DNA from: Macrostomum hystrix
Taxonomy: Eukaryota > Animalia > Platyhelminthes
Assembly: GCA_950097015.1 (NCBI GenBank)
Contig: CATNEN010000038.1
Location: forward strand, 9,486,001-9,550,000
Length of the DNA stretch: 64,000 bases
Direction: 5' to 3'
Shown: in pieces, positions 50,157-62,924 of the stretch
Position numbering within the stretch: the first letter of the stretch is position 1
Layout: each line of letters begins with the position of its first letter
Notes under the pieces: model-generated
The model's input: the letters and a program-made list of their open reading frames with translations, nothing else
Told to the model about the DNA's origin: nothing
Databases searched by the model: none
Translations under genes and position numbers: made by a program

Positions 50157-50727
50157 CGGGGAGGCAGACCCGCCATTTCCACTCACAACCCGAATGGTAG
50201 AATAACAGGTTGGCTTATTAGTAATTTTCAGTCTCAGCTTTCGTTGACAAGAAAAAAAAATTTACGTAAATCATCTGCACATTGGGAGGTAAGTTGTTAC
50301 AATTTTTTTGAATCAGCTTCGAGTAATGAGACCGCATTTTGTTATCTCCTAGCAACAAGCAGCATTACCTGGCGAGTGTAATTCTAGTTATCAGCTCTCT
50401 GTGCCGCTGCCAGTTTATTTTGCCCAGCTGCTCTGTTCTTGTGCTACTGTAAGCATTGTCTGCGAGGCAAGCTAAATAAACTGGCGCTTAAGCGTATTAT
50501 AGTTTTCTGCCACTGAGATCTGACTGCCTTGATTTCGCTTATTTCACTGTACAAAATAATTTAGGGGTGTCTATATGGCATATTTTAAGAAATAAGCTAC
50601 TTTTAATAGTTACTCAGGTTGAAACAAATCCTAAATCTCCAATAATTTAAAGATTTAGAGGTTTCGGGCTTGCGAATGACTCGTTTTTATAGTAGTTTTG
50701 TACCCCTCCCAGCTAGTCAGCGATTGC

Positions 50728-50810
50728 TATTGGCTGAGGCTCAACCAAGCTCTCTCATTGGCTGGAATGAAATCGCGACCGGAAATTCCGCTGGTGTGCC
50801 TTAAATAGTG
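50728..50810 (+). promoter_or_regulatory. Putative NELF-B promoter elements
   Basis: Two reverse CCAAT boxes (ATTGGCT) ~28 bp apart, an ETS-like ACCGGAA and TTAAATA, ~150 bp upstream of the candidate first coding exon. Confidence 0.35.
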
Positions 50811-50955
50811 GAGGAAAAACCGTGGAAAAACCAGCCAACTGTTTTCTAACCGGTCAAAGTTGACTAACTAAAGAGACTAAGCTAAACCTTACAGTCAAAG
50901 TGCTCACTACACTGCTAGTGAGAACTAGGCGCTTATCCAGATCCATTACACAAAA

Positions 50956-53900
50956 ATGGCAACTCAGAATCTTGCAGAAGAGGGCAGTGGAAGGTGGTTG
51001 CTCTTAAACCGGTGGAACCTTTATTTTGATTTATTTTGATTCTAAGCGTTCCATTTGGATATAATCGGCCCGGTAATATTTTTTGCGTTAACATTCAACT
51101 CGCTCGTGTATTGTGCGCCAGTCTTTTGATAGAATCGGTTGCTTGCTCAGTTTAAAACACTTATTGTGAGCTAGACTATATTTAGATGCGAAAATAACAA
51201 TATGTGCCATTGTTGCTTGCATTGAAACTGACAGCCGATCCCGGCCTCCTTTTTAGGTGCACTTTTGTGACTTGCGCTATTAATTGTTTATGCACTGAAA
51301 AACATCTAAATGCATTCCGGCTTTTCAGTGCTGCGAAAAAGAAACGCCCGTTGAAAAAATATTTGCAAGCTATTCATTGTTGTAACATAAACATGTCATC
51401 AGCAGCTTCGGCGGCTAACTTCAAAGAGGCCCTGCGACGGCACCTGGATGCTAGCAGCAGCCGCCTCCCAAACGAGATTATCGAGTCCTGGCAGGCCGAA
51501 AATTCCATTCGGCTGCCTTCGCTGGATGCGGCCCTGCCGCTGTTAGATCGGGTTCGAGTCCGGCGCTACGAGTTCTACCAGTCAACCGCAGATCTGCTGC
51601 GCGAGCGACTGCTCACCAGGGTGCGGCTGCCACGAGCTTCTCGTACACCAGTCTCCCAAGCCTCGTCACGGTGTACACCTCCTTCTAACGAACCCTATCC
51701 CAAAGGCACACCGATTATATACCTGCGATGTACAATAGTTCTCAACTGAACCCCAATCCTCACTTATCAATAAACCTCTATCCTTGGTCTACATGTTCAT
51801 TTGCCAATGAACCATGAATCCTCGTATGGACCAAACTGCGCCCCTCTTAACTCCAGGTGCGAGAGCTGGCAGCCACTGGTCGCAGGTCGAACTACAAAAG
51901 AATGGCCGAGCTGCTGGAAGCCTCCTTTCCCTACCTGTCAGTGCCAGCCCTGCGTCCGGTGCCCATGACCCTGCTGGAGCACCTGACCACCCTTCTGGAC
52001 ATGCACAAGCCTGCGGTGCGGCCTCGCCTGAAGGACAAGTACCTGAAAGCCATCGCCGGCTCGCCCGAACTCTACTCGGCAGCTCCCGTAGCTGTGAAAC
52101 GCTTAATCTGGGAAGGCGATCCCAAACTGTTCGTGTCCGAGGTGTCACCACTGTTGGAAGAGTTTGTCAGGGCCAGGTCTGCCGCGGCATTGTGCCTGGC
52201 CGACATCGAACAGCCCCTCCTGACTCTGCCGTCCAAGTCTCGGCGTCAGCTACCCGTGATGCAGCGCTTGCTGCAGGTAATTCCAGTCTGTCTGACTTGA
52301 GTCCAGTCTGTCTCATCTCAGTCCAGTCTGTCTCATCTCAGTCCAGTCTGTGTCATCTCAGTCCAGTCTGTGTCATCTCAGTAAAAGTCTGTGTCATCTC
52401 AGTCCAGTCTGTCTCATCTCAGTCCAGTCTGTGTCATCTCAGTCCAGTCTGTGTCATCTCAGTAAAAGTCTGTGTCATCTCAGTCCAGTCTGTCTCATCT
52501 CAGTCCAGTCTGTGTCATCTCAGTCCAGTCTGTGTCATCTCAGTAAAAGTCTGTGTCATCTCAGTCCAGTCTGTCTCATCTCAGTCCAGTCTGTGTCATC
52601 TCAGTCCAGTCTGTGTCATCTCAGTCCAGTCTGTCTCATCTCAGTCCAGTCTGTGTCATCTCAGTCCAGTCTGTCTCATCTCAGTCCAGTCTGTGTCATC
52701 TCAGTCCAGTCTGTGTCATCTCAGTCCAGTCTGTCTCATCTCAGTCCAGTCTGTGTCATCTCAGTCCAGTCTGTCTCATCTCAGTCCAGTCTGTGTCATC
52801 TCAGTCCAGTGTGTATCATCTCAGTCCAGTCTGTGTCATCTCAGTACTGTCTGTCTCATCTCAGTCCAGTCTGTGTCATCTCAGTCCAGTGTGTATCATC
52901 TCAGTCCAGTCCGTGTCATCTCAGTAAAAGTCTGTGTCATCTCAGTCCTGTCTGTGTCATCTCAGTCCTGTCTGTGTCATCTCAGTCCTGTCTGTGTCAT
53001 CTCAGTCCTGTCTGTGTCATCTCAGTAAAAGTCTGTGTCATCTCAGTCAAGTCTGTCTCATCTCAGACCTGTCTGTGTCATCTCAGTCCTGTCTGTGTCA
53101 TCTCAGTCCTGTCTGTGTCATCTCAGTCCTGTCTGTGTCATCTCAGTCCAGTCTGTGTCATCTCAGTCCTGTCTGTGTCATCTCAGTCCTGTCTGTGTCA
53201 TCTCAGTCCTGTCTGTGTCATCTCAGTCCTGTCTGTGTCATCTCAGTAAAAGTCTGTGTCATCTCAGTCAAGTCTGTCTCATCTCAGACCTGTCTGTGTC
53301 ATCTCAGTCCTGTCTGTGTCATCTCAGTCCTGTCTGTGTCATCTCAGTCCTGTCTGTGTCATCTCAGTCCTGTCTGTGTCATCTCAGTCCAGTCTGTGTC
53401 ATCTCAGTCCTGTCTGTGTCATCTCAGTCCTGTCTGTGTCATCTCAGTCCTGTCTGTGTCATCTCAGTCCAGTCTGTGTCATCTCAGTCCAGTCTGTCTC
53501 ATCTCAGTCCAGTCTGTGTCATCTCAGTCCAGTGTGTATCATCTCAGTCCAGTCTGTGTCATCTCAGTACTGTCTGTCTCATCTCAGTCCAGTCTGTGTC
53601 ATCTCAGTCCAGTGTGTATCATCTCAGTCCAGTCTGTCTCATCTCAGTCCAGTCAGTCTCATCTCAGTACTGTCTGTCTCATCTCAGTCCAATCTGTCTC
53701 ATCTCAGTCCTGTCTGTGTCATCTCAGTCCTGTCTGTGTCATCTCAGTCCTGTCTGTGTCATCTCAGTACTGTCTGTCTCATCTCAGTCCAGTCTGTGTC
53801 ATCTCAGTCCAGTGTGTATCATCTCAGTCCAGTCTGTCTCATCTCAGTCCAGTCTGTCTCATCTCAGTCCAGTCTGTCTCATCTCAGTCCAGTCTGTCAT

Positions 53901-56900
53901 CTCAGTACTGTCTGTCTCATCTCAGTCCAATCTGTCTCATCTCAGTCCTGTCTGTGTCATCTCAGTCCTGTCTGTGTCATCTCAGTAAAAGTCTGTGTCA
54001 TCTCAGTCCTGTCTGTGTCATCTCAGTCCTGTCTGTGTCATCTCAGTCCTGTCTGTGTCATCTCAGTCCTGTCTGTGTCATCTCAGTCCTGTCTGTGTCA
54101 TCTCAGTCCTGTCTGTGTCATCTCAGTCCTGTCTGTGTCATCTCAGTAAAAGTCTGTGTCATCTCAGTCAAGTCTGTCTCATCTCAGACCTGTCTGTGTC
54201 ATCTCAGTCCTGTCTGTGTCATCTCAGTCCTGTCTGTGTCATCTCAGTCCTGTCTGTGTCATCTCAGTCCTGTCTGTGTCATCTCAGTCCAGTCTGTGTC
54301 ATCTCAGTCCTGTCTGTGTCATCTCAGTCCTGTCTGTGTCATCTCAGTCCTGTCTGTGTCATCTCAGTCCTGTCTGTGTCATCTCAGTAAAAGTCTGTGT
54401 CATCTCAGTCAAGTCTGTGTCATCTCAGTCCTGTCTGTGTCATCTCAGTCCTGTCTGTGTCATCTCAGTCCTGTCTGTGTCATCTCAGTCCAGTCTGTCT
54501 CATCTCAGTCCAGTCTGTGTCATCTCAGTCCAGTCTGTCTCATCTCAGTCCAGTCTGTCTCATCTCAGTCCAGTCTGTGTCATCTCAGTCCAGTCTGTCT
54601 CATCTCAGTCCAGTCTGTGTCATCTCAGTCCAGTGTGTATCATCTCAGTCCAGTCTGTGTCATTTCAGTAAAAGTCTGTGTCATCTCAGTCCAGTCTGTC
54701 TCATCTCAGTCCTGTCTGTGTCATCTCAGTCCTGTCTGTGTCATCTCAGTACTGTCTGTGTCATCTCAGTCCAGTCTGTCTCATCTCAGTCCTGTCTGTG
54801 TCATCTCAGTCCTGTCTGTGTCATCTCAGTACTGTCTGTGTCATCTCAGTCCAGTCTGTCTCATCTCAGTCCAGTCTGTGTCATCTCAGTCCAGTCTGTC
54901 TCATCTCAGTCCAGTCTGTCTCATCTCAGTCCAGTCTGTGTCATCTCAGTCCAGTCTGTCTCATCTCAGTCCAGTCTGTGTCATCTCAGTCCAGTGTGTA
55001 TCATCTCAGTCCAGTCTGTGTCATTTCAGTCCAGTCTGTGTCATCTCAGTACTGTCTGTCTCATCTCAGTCCAGTCTGTGTCATCTCAGTCCAGTGTGTA
55101 TCATCTCAGTCCAGTCTGTCTCATCTCAGTCCAGTCTGTCTCATCTCAGTCCAGTCTGTCTCATCTCAGTCCAGTCTGTCTCATCTCAGTCCAGTCTGTG
55201 TCATCTCAGTCCAGTCTGTGTCATCTCAGTAAAAGTCTGTGTCATCTCAGTCCAGTCTGTCTCATCTCAGTCCAGTCTGTGTCATCTCAGTCCAGTCTGT
55301 GTCATCTCAGTAAAAGTCTGTGTCATCTCAGTCCAGTCTGTCTCATCTCAGTCCAGTCTGTGTCATCTCAGTCCAGTCTGTGTCATCTCAGTAAAAGTCT
55401 GTGTCATCTCAGTCCAGTCTGTCTCATCTCAGTCCAGTCTGTGTCATCTCAGTCCAGTCTGTGTCATCTCAGTAAAAGTCTGTGTCATCTCAGTCCAGTC
55501 TGTCTCATCTCAGTCCAGTCTGTGTCATCTCAGTCCAGTCTGTGTCATCTCAGTAAAAGTCTGTGTCATCTCAGTCCAGTCTGTCTCATCTCAGTCCAGT
55601 CTGTGTCATCTCAGTCCAGTCTGTGTCATCTCAGTCCAGTCTGTCTCATCTCAGTCCAGTCTGTGTCATCTCAGTCCAGTCTGTCTCATCTCAGTCCAGT
55701 CTGTGTCATCTCAGTCCAGTCTGTGTCATCTCAGTCCAGTCTGTCTCATCTCAGTCCAGTCTGTGTCATCTCAGTCCAGTCTGTCTCATCTCAGTCCAGT
55801 CTGTGTCATCTCAGTCCAGTGTGTATCATCTCAGTCCAGTCTGTGTCATCTCAGTACTGTCTGTCTCATCTCAGTCCAGTCTGTGTCATCTCAGTCCAGT
55901 GTGTATCATCTCAGTCCAGTCCGTGTCATCTCAGTAAAAGTCTGTGTCATCTCAGTCCTGTCTGTGTCATCTCAGTCCTGTCTGTGTCATCTCAGTCCTG
56001 TCTGTGTCATCTCAGTCCTGTCTGTGTCATCTCAGTAAAAGTCTGTGTCATCTCAGTCAAGTCTGTCTCATCTCAGACCTGTCTGTGTCATCTCAGTCCT
56101 GTCTGTGTCATCTCAGTCCTGTCTGTGTCATCTCAGTCCTGTCTGTGTCATCTCAGTCCAGTCTGTGTCATCTCAGTCCTGTCTGTGTCATCTCAGTCCT
56201 GTCTGTGTCATCTCAGTCCTGTCTGTGTCATCTCAGTCCTGTCTGTGTCATCTCAGTAAAAGTCTGTGTCATCTCAGTCAAGTCTGTCTCATCTCAGACC
56301 TGTCTGTGTCATCTCAGTCCTGTCTGTGTCATCTCAGTCCTGTCTGTGTCATCTCAGTCCTGTCTGTGTCATCTCAGTCCTGTCTGTGTCATCTCAGTCC
56401 AGTCTGTGTCATCTCAGTCCTGTCTGTGTCATCTCAGTCCTGTCTGTGTCATCTCAGTCCTGTCTGTGTCATCTCAGTCCAGTCTGTGTCATCTCAGTCC
56501 AGTCTGTCTCATCTCAGTCCAGTCTGTGTCATCTCAGTCCAGTGTGTATCATCTCAGTCCAGTCTGTGTCATCTCAGTACTGTCTGTCTCATCTCAGTCC
56601 AGTCTGTGTCATCTCAGTCCAGTGTGTATCATCTCAGTCCAGTCTGTCTCATCTCAGTCCAGTCAGTCTCATCTCAGTACTGTCTGTCTCATCTCAGTCC
56701 AATCTGTCTCATCTCAGTCCTGTCTGTGTCATCTCAGTCCTGTCTGTGTCATCTCAGTCCTGTCTGTGTCATCTCAGTACTGTCTGTCTCATCTCAGTCC
56801 AGTCTGTGTCATCTCAGTCCAGTGTGTATCATCTCAGTCCAGTCTGTCTCATCTCAGTCCAGTCTGTCTCATCTCAGTCCAGTCTGTCTCATCTCAGTCC

Positions 56901-59628
56901 AGTCTGTCATCTCAGTACTGTCTGTCTCATCTCAGTCCAATCTGTCTCATCTCAGTCCTGTCTGTGTCATCTCAGTCCTGTCTGTGTCATCTCAGTAAAA
57001 GTCTGTGTCATCTCAGTCCTGTCTGTGTCATCTCAGTCCTGTCTGTGTCATCTCAGTCCTGTCTGTGTCATCTCAGTCCTGTCTGTGTCATCTCAGTCCT
57101 GTCTGTGTCATCTCAGTCCTGTCTGTGTCATCTCAGTCCTGTCTGTGTCATCTCAGTAAAAGTCTGTGTCATCTCAGTCAAGTCTGTCTCATCTCAGACC
57201 TGTCTGTGTCATCTCAGTCCTGTCTGTGTCATCTCAGTCCTGTCTGTGTCATCTCAGTCCTGTCTGTGTCATCTCAGTCCTGTCTGTGTCATCTCAGTCC
57301 AGTCTGTGTCATCTCAGTCCTGTCTGTGTCATCTCAGTCCTGTCTGTGTCATCTCAGTCCTGTCTGTGTCATCTCAGTCCTGTCTGTGTCATCTCAGTAA
57401 AAGTCTGTGTCATCTCAGTCAAGTCTGTGTCATCTCAGTCCTGTCTGTGTCATCTCAGTCCTGTCTGTGTCATCTCAGTCCTGTCTGTGTCATCTCAGTC
57501 CAGTCTGTCTCATCTCAGTCCAGTCTGTGTCATCTCAGTCCAGTCTGTCTCATCTCAGTCCAGTCTGTCTCATCTCAGTCCAGTCTGTGTCATCTCAGTC
57601 CAGTCTGTCTCATCTCAGTCCAGTCTGTGTCATCTCAGTCCAGTGTGTATCATCTCAGTCCAGTCTGTGTCATTTCAGTAAAAGTCTGTGTCATCTCAGT
57701 CCAGTCTGTCTCATCTCAGTCCTGTCTGTGTCATCTCAGTCCTGTCTGTGTCATCTCAGTACTGTCTGTGTCATCTCAGTCCAGTCTGTCTCATCTCAGT
57801 CCTGTCTGTGTCATCTCAGTCCTGTCTGTGTCATCTCAGTACTGTCTGTGTCATCTCAGTCCAGTCTGTCTCATCTCAGTCCAGTCTGTGTCATCTCAGT
57901 CCAGTCTGTCTCATCTCAGTCCAGTCTGTCTCATCTCAGTCCAGTCTGTGTCATCTCAGTCCAGTCTGTCTCATCTCAGTCCAGTCTGTGTCATCTCAGT
58001 CCAGTGTGTATCATCTCAGTCCAGTCTGTGTCATTTCAGTCCAGTCTGTGTCATCTCAGTACTGTCTGTCTCATCTCAGTCCAGTCTGTGTCATCTCAGT
58101 CCAGTGTGTATCATCTCAGTCCAGTCTGTCTCATCTCAGTCCAGTCTGTCTCATCTCAGTCCAGTCTGTCTCATCTCAGTCCAGTCTGTCATCTCAGTAC
58201 TGTCTGTCTCATCTCAGTCCAATCTGTCTCATCTCAGTCCTGTCTGTGTCATCTCAGTCCTGTCTGTGTCATCTCAGTAAAAGTCTGTGTCATCTCAGTC
58301 CTGTCTGTGTCATCTCAGTCCTGTCTGTGTCATCTCAGTCCTGTCTGTGTCATCTCAGTCCTGTCTGTGTCATCTCAGTCCTGTCTGTGTCATCTCAGTC
58401 CTGTCTGTGTCATCTCAGTCCTGTCTGTGTCATCTCAGTAAAAGTCTGTGTCATCTCAGTCAAGTCTGTCTCATCTCAGACCTGTCTGTGTCATCTCAGT
58501 CCTGTCTGTGTCATCTCAGTCCTGTCTGTGTCATCTCAGTCCTGTCTGTGTCATCTCAGTCCTGTCTGTGTCATCTCAGTCCAGTCTGTGTCATCTCAGT
58601 CCTGTCTGTGTCATCTCAGTCCTGTCTGTGTCATCTCAGTCCTGTCTGTGTCATCTCAGTCCTGTCTGTGTCATCTCAGTAAAAGTCTGTGTCATCTCAG
58701 TCAAGTCTGTGTCATCTCAGTCCTGTCTGTGTCATCTCAGTCCTGTCTGTGTCATCTCAGTCCTGTCTGTGTCATCTCAGTCCTGTCTGTGTCATCTCAG
58801 TAAAAGTCTGTGTCATCTCAGTCAAGTCTGTCTCATCTCAGACCTGTCTGTGTCATCTCAGTCCAGTCTGTCTCATCTCAGTCCAGTCTGTCTCATCTCA
58901 GTCCAGTCTGTGTCATCTCATCCTGTCTGTGTCACCTGAGTACAGTCTGTCACAGCTGAGTGCATCCCGACCACTTTGACCGCAGCTAATCGGCACCTCT
59001 TCCTTCCTGTACGAGCAAACTGTGGCCTGCCTGCGCGACAAGTACAAATGCACAGGTACGCCAGAGGCATGTAGCCTGCGCATGGACCTCCTCATGTCGA
59101 TGCACGACGCAAAAATTGACGACGTCTGCGTGCGCGACCCGCTGCACAAATTCGCCTGGGTGCTGGACGCCTGCGGCCGGGACCGGGTGGCCGACACGCG
59201 GCGCCTCACCGAACTTCGCGGCTTCTACAAGGCGGCCAAATCTGTGGCCGCCGCCGACGGCGAAGACCACGGTGGCGGGGGTGGCAGCGGCAGCGGCGTC
59301 ATGGCCGAGGTGTCGCTGCTGTGCGCCTGTCCGCATGTTCAGGCCACCCTGGCGCTGTGCCTGCTCTCCAGGCTGGACCAGCTGGTCCTGGCTGCGCAGC
59401 TGCCGCGCTCCGATGCCACCTGCCGCTTCTTGGTTCGACTCTTGCAGCTCGGACTGTCGGCTTGGGAGCTGGTCAGGCAGGATGAGCAGCAGCAGCAGCA
59501 GCAGCTCTCTGGCGCTGGCTGGCTCAGCGAAAGTGTCGCCGCCTGCGAGCTGCTGCCCAGCGTGGCTCGCCTGAGGCTGGAAACCCAGCTGCGTCTGGTG
59601 GCCCGGCAGACCAGGCGGCTCATGCCAG
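50956..59628 (+). CDS. NELFB: Negative elongation factor B (COBRA1); exons 50956-50993 (tentative), 51329-51620 (internal ATG 51393), 51857-52276, 58986-59628; 3' exons not found
   Basis: IESWQAENSIRLPSLDAALPLLD...EFYQS..DLLRERLL, LLEASFPY..VPALRPV, VKRLIW...LFVSEVSPLL and CSLRMDLLMSMHD..VCVRDPLHKFAWVLDAC follow NELF-B/COBRA1 in order; phase-0 GT-AG junctions. Confidence 0.9.
52282..58945. repeat. ~6.7-kb 20-bp satellite (GTCCAGTCTGTGTCATCTCA)n filling a NELF-B intron, with higher-order structure
   Basis: Directly visible; identical ORF translations recur at offsets of 3010 bp and 1282 bp. Confidence 0.98.
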
Positions 59629-59848
59629 GTAGGCGGGAATTGGGCTCAGCTTATCAAATGTAATACCTCAGTTATTGAGTCGTTTCAAACAACTTATGCA
59701 GCAGTATTCAAACGTTCTCTAATGTTGCTAGCAACTGTTGCTACACGGAGATCAACCAACTCACGAAACAGGCAGCTCCAATCTGAATCGGATTGATTAA
59801 TTGAAAATAATAAAATAATATTTATAAAAAAATAATTTTTTTTTTGAT

Positions 59849-60150
59849 AATAATAATTGATTACACCTGCCCCAATTGGTTCAGATGTGCAGCTGACAGC
59901 ACAGCCGCAGCTATTGCGCGGCGCATCTGAAGGCTGCGTACAGCTGTTCAGTCCATGGACTGGGGGGACGCCACACCCACCTTCAATTATCCCAGCTCAT
60001 GCTGGCCGCCATTTAACAGCTGGGTGAACTGAAGCAATGCAGAGTTAATTATCTTGCTAAAGGATACAAATTGTTCCAGTGGAGTCGGGAATCGAACCCC
60101 CGACCTTCAAGTCTTAAGTCCGAAGCCATAACCACAAGGCTACAATCTCT
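59849..60150 (-). mobile_element. SINE family A copy (full length)
   Basis: GGGAATCGAACCCC (B box on -), GTCCATGGACTGG, GACAGCACAGCCGCAGCTATTGCGCGGCGCATCTGAAGGCTGCGTAC. Confidence 0.88.
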
Positions 60151-60807
60151 TCCTAATTGACACGCCTGCAGTTTGAAGCCGAGTTGAATATTAAGACAAG
60201 TAGCGTAGTAGGCTGCCACCAGAGTGCACTGAAGCTTCTCGCACCGCGGTCAGGGATTTGCCTCAGACTCGAAGACAAATAAATCGGAGTCGAACAGAGC
60301 TGTCGCAGGATTTCGGGTTGCACACAATGCCGCTAGTCGTCGGCCATCCTCAACTGGATCTGGTGGTTAGAAGGGATTAAGGTTTATTGTAGATTCCCAA
60401 ACAAAATTTTAGCGGGCTCGCAGGAACATTAAATGGACAGAATAATGGGACGCAACTGTCCAATGAGCAAAGAAATTCACCGATTTACAGATTCTCTCCG
60501 GTCTCGGCCTTTAGCGGGGCACTGTTAATATAGTGCAGACAAAGGTAGGGGTGGCGGACACATCACATGGATTTTATGAATTAAACCTGACATCAGGCAT
60601 ACGTAGGATATACGTACGAGAAACGATCCTAAGACAAGCAGACTTGCTAAAAACAGACATGAGTCATACGTACATTTAAACAGGCACTGTCCTCTAAGGA
60701 TCACGTGAAGCAGGCATCCCTAAGTGTCAAAGTTAAGTTAATTGACTATCGTACTCAATTCACAACTCATGTGCTTATTTACTTGTTATTTACTCTTCAA
60801 AATGACT

Positions 60808-61035
60808 TGGGGTCAGTGGCAGATCGGCTGACGCGTCCCTGAGCTCGATTCCGCGGTGAGGCCACATTCATTTGAGACGCAGTCGCGGAGAGAAGGCTTG
60901 GGGGCTTGTCGTGCAATTTACGACCTTGGTGGCCCTCGAAAGTGTACACTGCCTGACAATCAAAAAGTCAGGGCACCCACTGTGTCACGCGGTGTACGCG
61001 TGTGCTTACGAGTCAGTGAAATGCCTGGTTGCTCA
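60808..61035 (+). mobile_element. SINE family B copy (degenerate)
   Basis: GGGGTCAGTGGCAGATCGG...GAGCTCGATTCCGCGGTGAGGCCACATTCATT...GTGTACACTGCCTGAC. Confidence 0.8.
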
Positions 61036-62259
61036 ATTGTTGTTTTATGCTTTGGCTTTCTTCGAAATAAAAGGGACTAGAGTTTCCGGTTCTCAAACAC
61101 TTCATTATCTAGGTCGAATAATTTGACGAATCTCTGAACCTTTACTACGACTTTAGGTGCAGGCATCAGGCCAACATGAGGAAACCTCTGTTAGTATGTT
61201 AATCTATGTGCCACTTGTTGAGTTCATAAGATGCTTCTTTGTCAGTTCTCTTCGGTAAAACAATTTGGCTCAAAATGTTGTAGAATCAATAATTTACTTC
61301 TGGTAGGTGGGTGTGTAGAAATTAATGAAGGTCGCGTCCCATAGCCATCGGCCGGCTCCGCTCTAAGGTTAAAGTTACGAAAAAACCCAATTAATAGAAG
61401 AAAATTTTAACACCGAAGGATGCAAGGCGAAAATAGATTTACTTGGCATTAACAACCGATCAAACGGTACTATAATCTAAAAAGAAGTTTCCGCCAAAAA
61501 GTGCCGGCACACTGGAAGCATATAAAGAGCTGGATGGGATGCATGGTGACTAAAGTCCCGCAGAAACGGTAGCGCAGGTGCGTTTGCACCAAAAAACTAG
61601 CGAGACAAACAAGGAGGAGTTGAAAATCAGTTCAAAAGGCAGTTACGAGTACCTGCCTCAAACTGGCGCCATTAAGAGTGCACTGCTCAGTCCATGTTCT
61701 ACACACAAAGAGACAGACATAAAAACCTTTGTCTTTTGCCTTGCTGAATGAAGTCTAGAATACCAAAAAGCAGCTATAAATTTAAGACTTTTGCAGCACA
61801 AAGCATGGGTTCATTTAATTTCTGCTGTCACACTGTGGGACTTTCTAATTCCCAGACCATTTTACTTCAAGGACAAAAAGTAGGCCTTTCAATTAATGAC
61901 GATTCGCAGTGTTGGAAAATTCCTTATCGAAAAGGAAGATTCTTCTTTTAGCTAATTGCTAATCATTGTTTGCGATAGTCGAAGAAATTTCCCAGAAATC
62001 CAGCTCAGACCGATTAGCCGCCTATTGACTTGTCTAGCTATTTGCGCTGATTAAACTAGACTAGAGCTTCTGAATCTATCCCGCCTACTGAGCAAGTCCT
62101 GCCGCCTCGCCTGAAGTGTTTTAGCTCAGTATCCAGGCCTCCTTTCATTGCGATTGCAAAGTGTTTTGATATTAAGTCGCTTGATTGCTTGTCGTGTGTT
62201 GTCAAAATTCAGTTGAATTATCATAAATACTTGTAAACTATGTTTTGCAGGTTAAAAAT

Positions 62260-62328
62260 ATGTTTCGATTGGAGTTGCTTCTGTTGCTTCTCGCCTTTGT
62301 CTGCGTCTTGTCTGTCTGGCTTTCAGAG
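62260..62328 (+). CDS. Candidate signal-peptide exon of a small secreted protein
   Basis: TTTTGCAG acceptor, then ATG...MFRLELLLLLLAFVCVLSVWLSE|GT; a candidate acceptor cluster lies at ~62747-62756. Downstream exon ambiguous. Confidence 0.35.
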
Positions 62329-62924
62329 GTGTTTAAGATGATGGTATTATTTAGAAGCATCGATTAGGCCCTGTACGAGTACTTTAGAATGTACTTACAA
62401 ACAAATTTCACATTTTTAACTGTTAAGAATTAGGACGCTTTTACAGTCAACATCTTTGTCTGAGTGGCAGAGGATTTATTAAGTTCTTTTGCATGCTTAA
62501 TCAAGCAAAGGTTAACGACGCAGTTACTTTAAGATAGTAATTTTTCAAAGATCGGCCAGTCTGCGTGCCTATTTAGGCTTAATTCTTTATTTACACGCTT
62601 GTTTTATAAGCTGGTTTTATCAGATTTTCTGTAATTTTCGTCGAATTTGCCCGACTAAAACGGCACCTTACTATGCAGTACTATAGAGGCCTTATAGAGA
62701 CAGTATTGTATAGTACTGTATTGTATGCTGCTCCTACTCTTCTTTAGCATAGCCAGCAACAGCAAAAACAGTGTGCGCTGTCAAAGCTCTTGATGCAGCT
62801 TTCAGACAGCGTGCCTCGGGGTGCGCAATATTGCGTCCTTAGTGCTTCAAGTGACAATGCGGCGACTCCAGTGCCCCTATGGCCAGTCGTTTCAGCGTCG
62901 TCTGAGGCGCTTTTTGCATTTCGC

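Noticed and set aside
52350-58979. Cys/Ser-rich ORFs up to 1034 aa
   Set aside because: A 20-bp unit (not a multiple of 3) lacking stops yields the same peptide in all frames; the array lies within a NELF-B intron.
1504-59628. TBP, tra2 and NELF-B as a functional gene-expression cluster or operon
   Set aside because: TBP is ~45 kb away on the other strand, and NELF-B has its own promoter-like elements after the tra2 polyA signal; proximity alone is not evidence.
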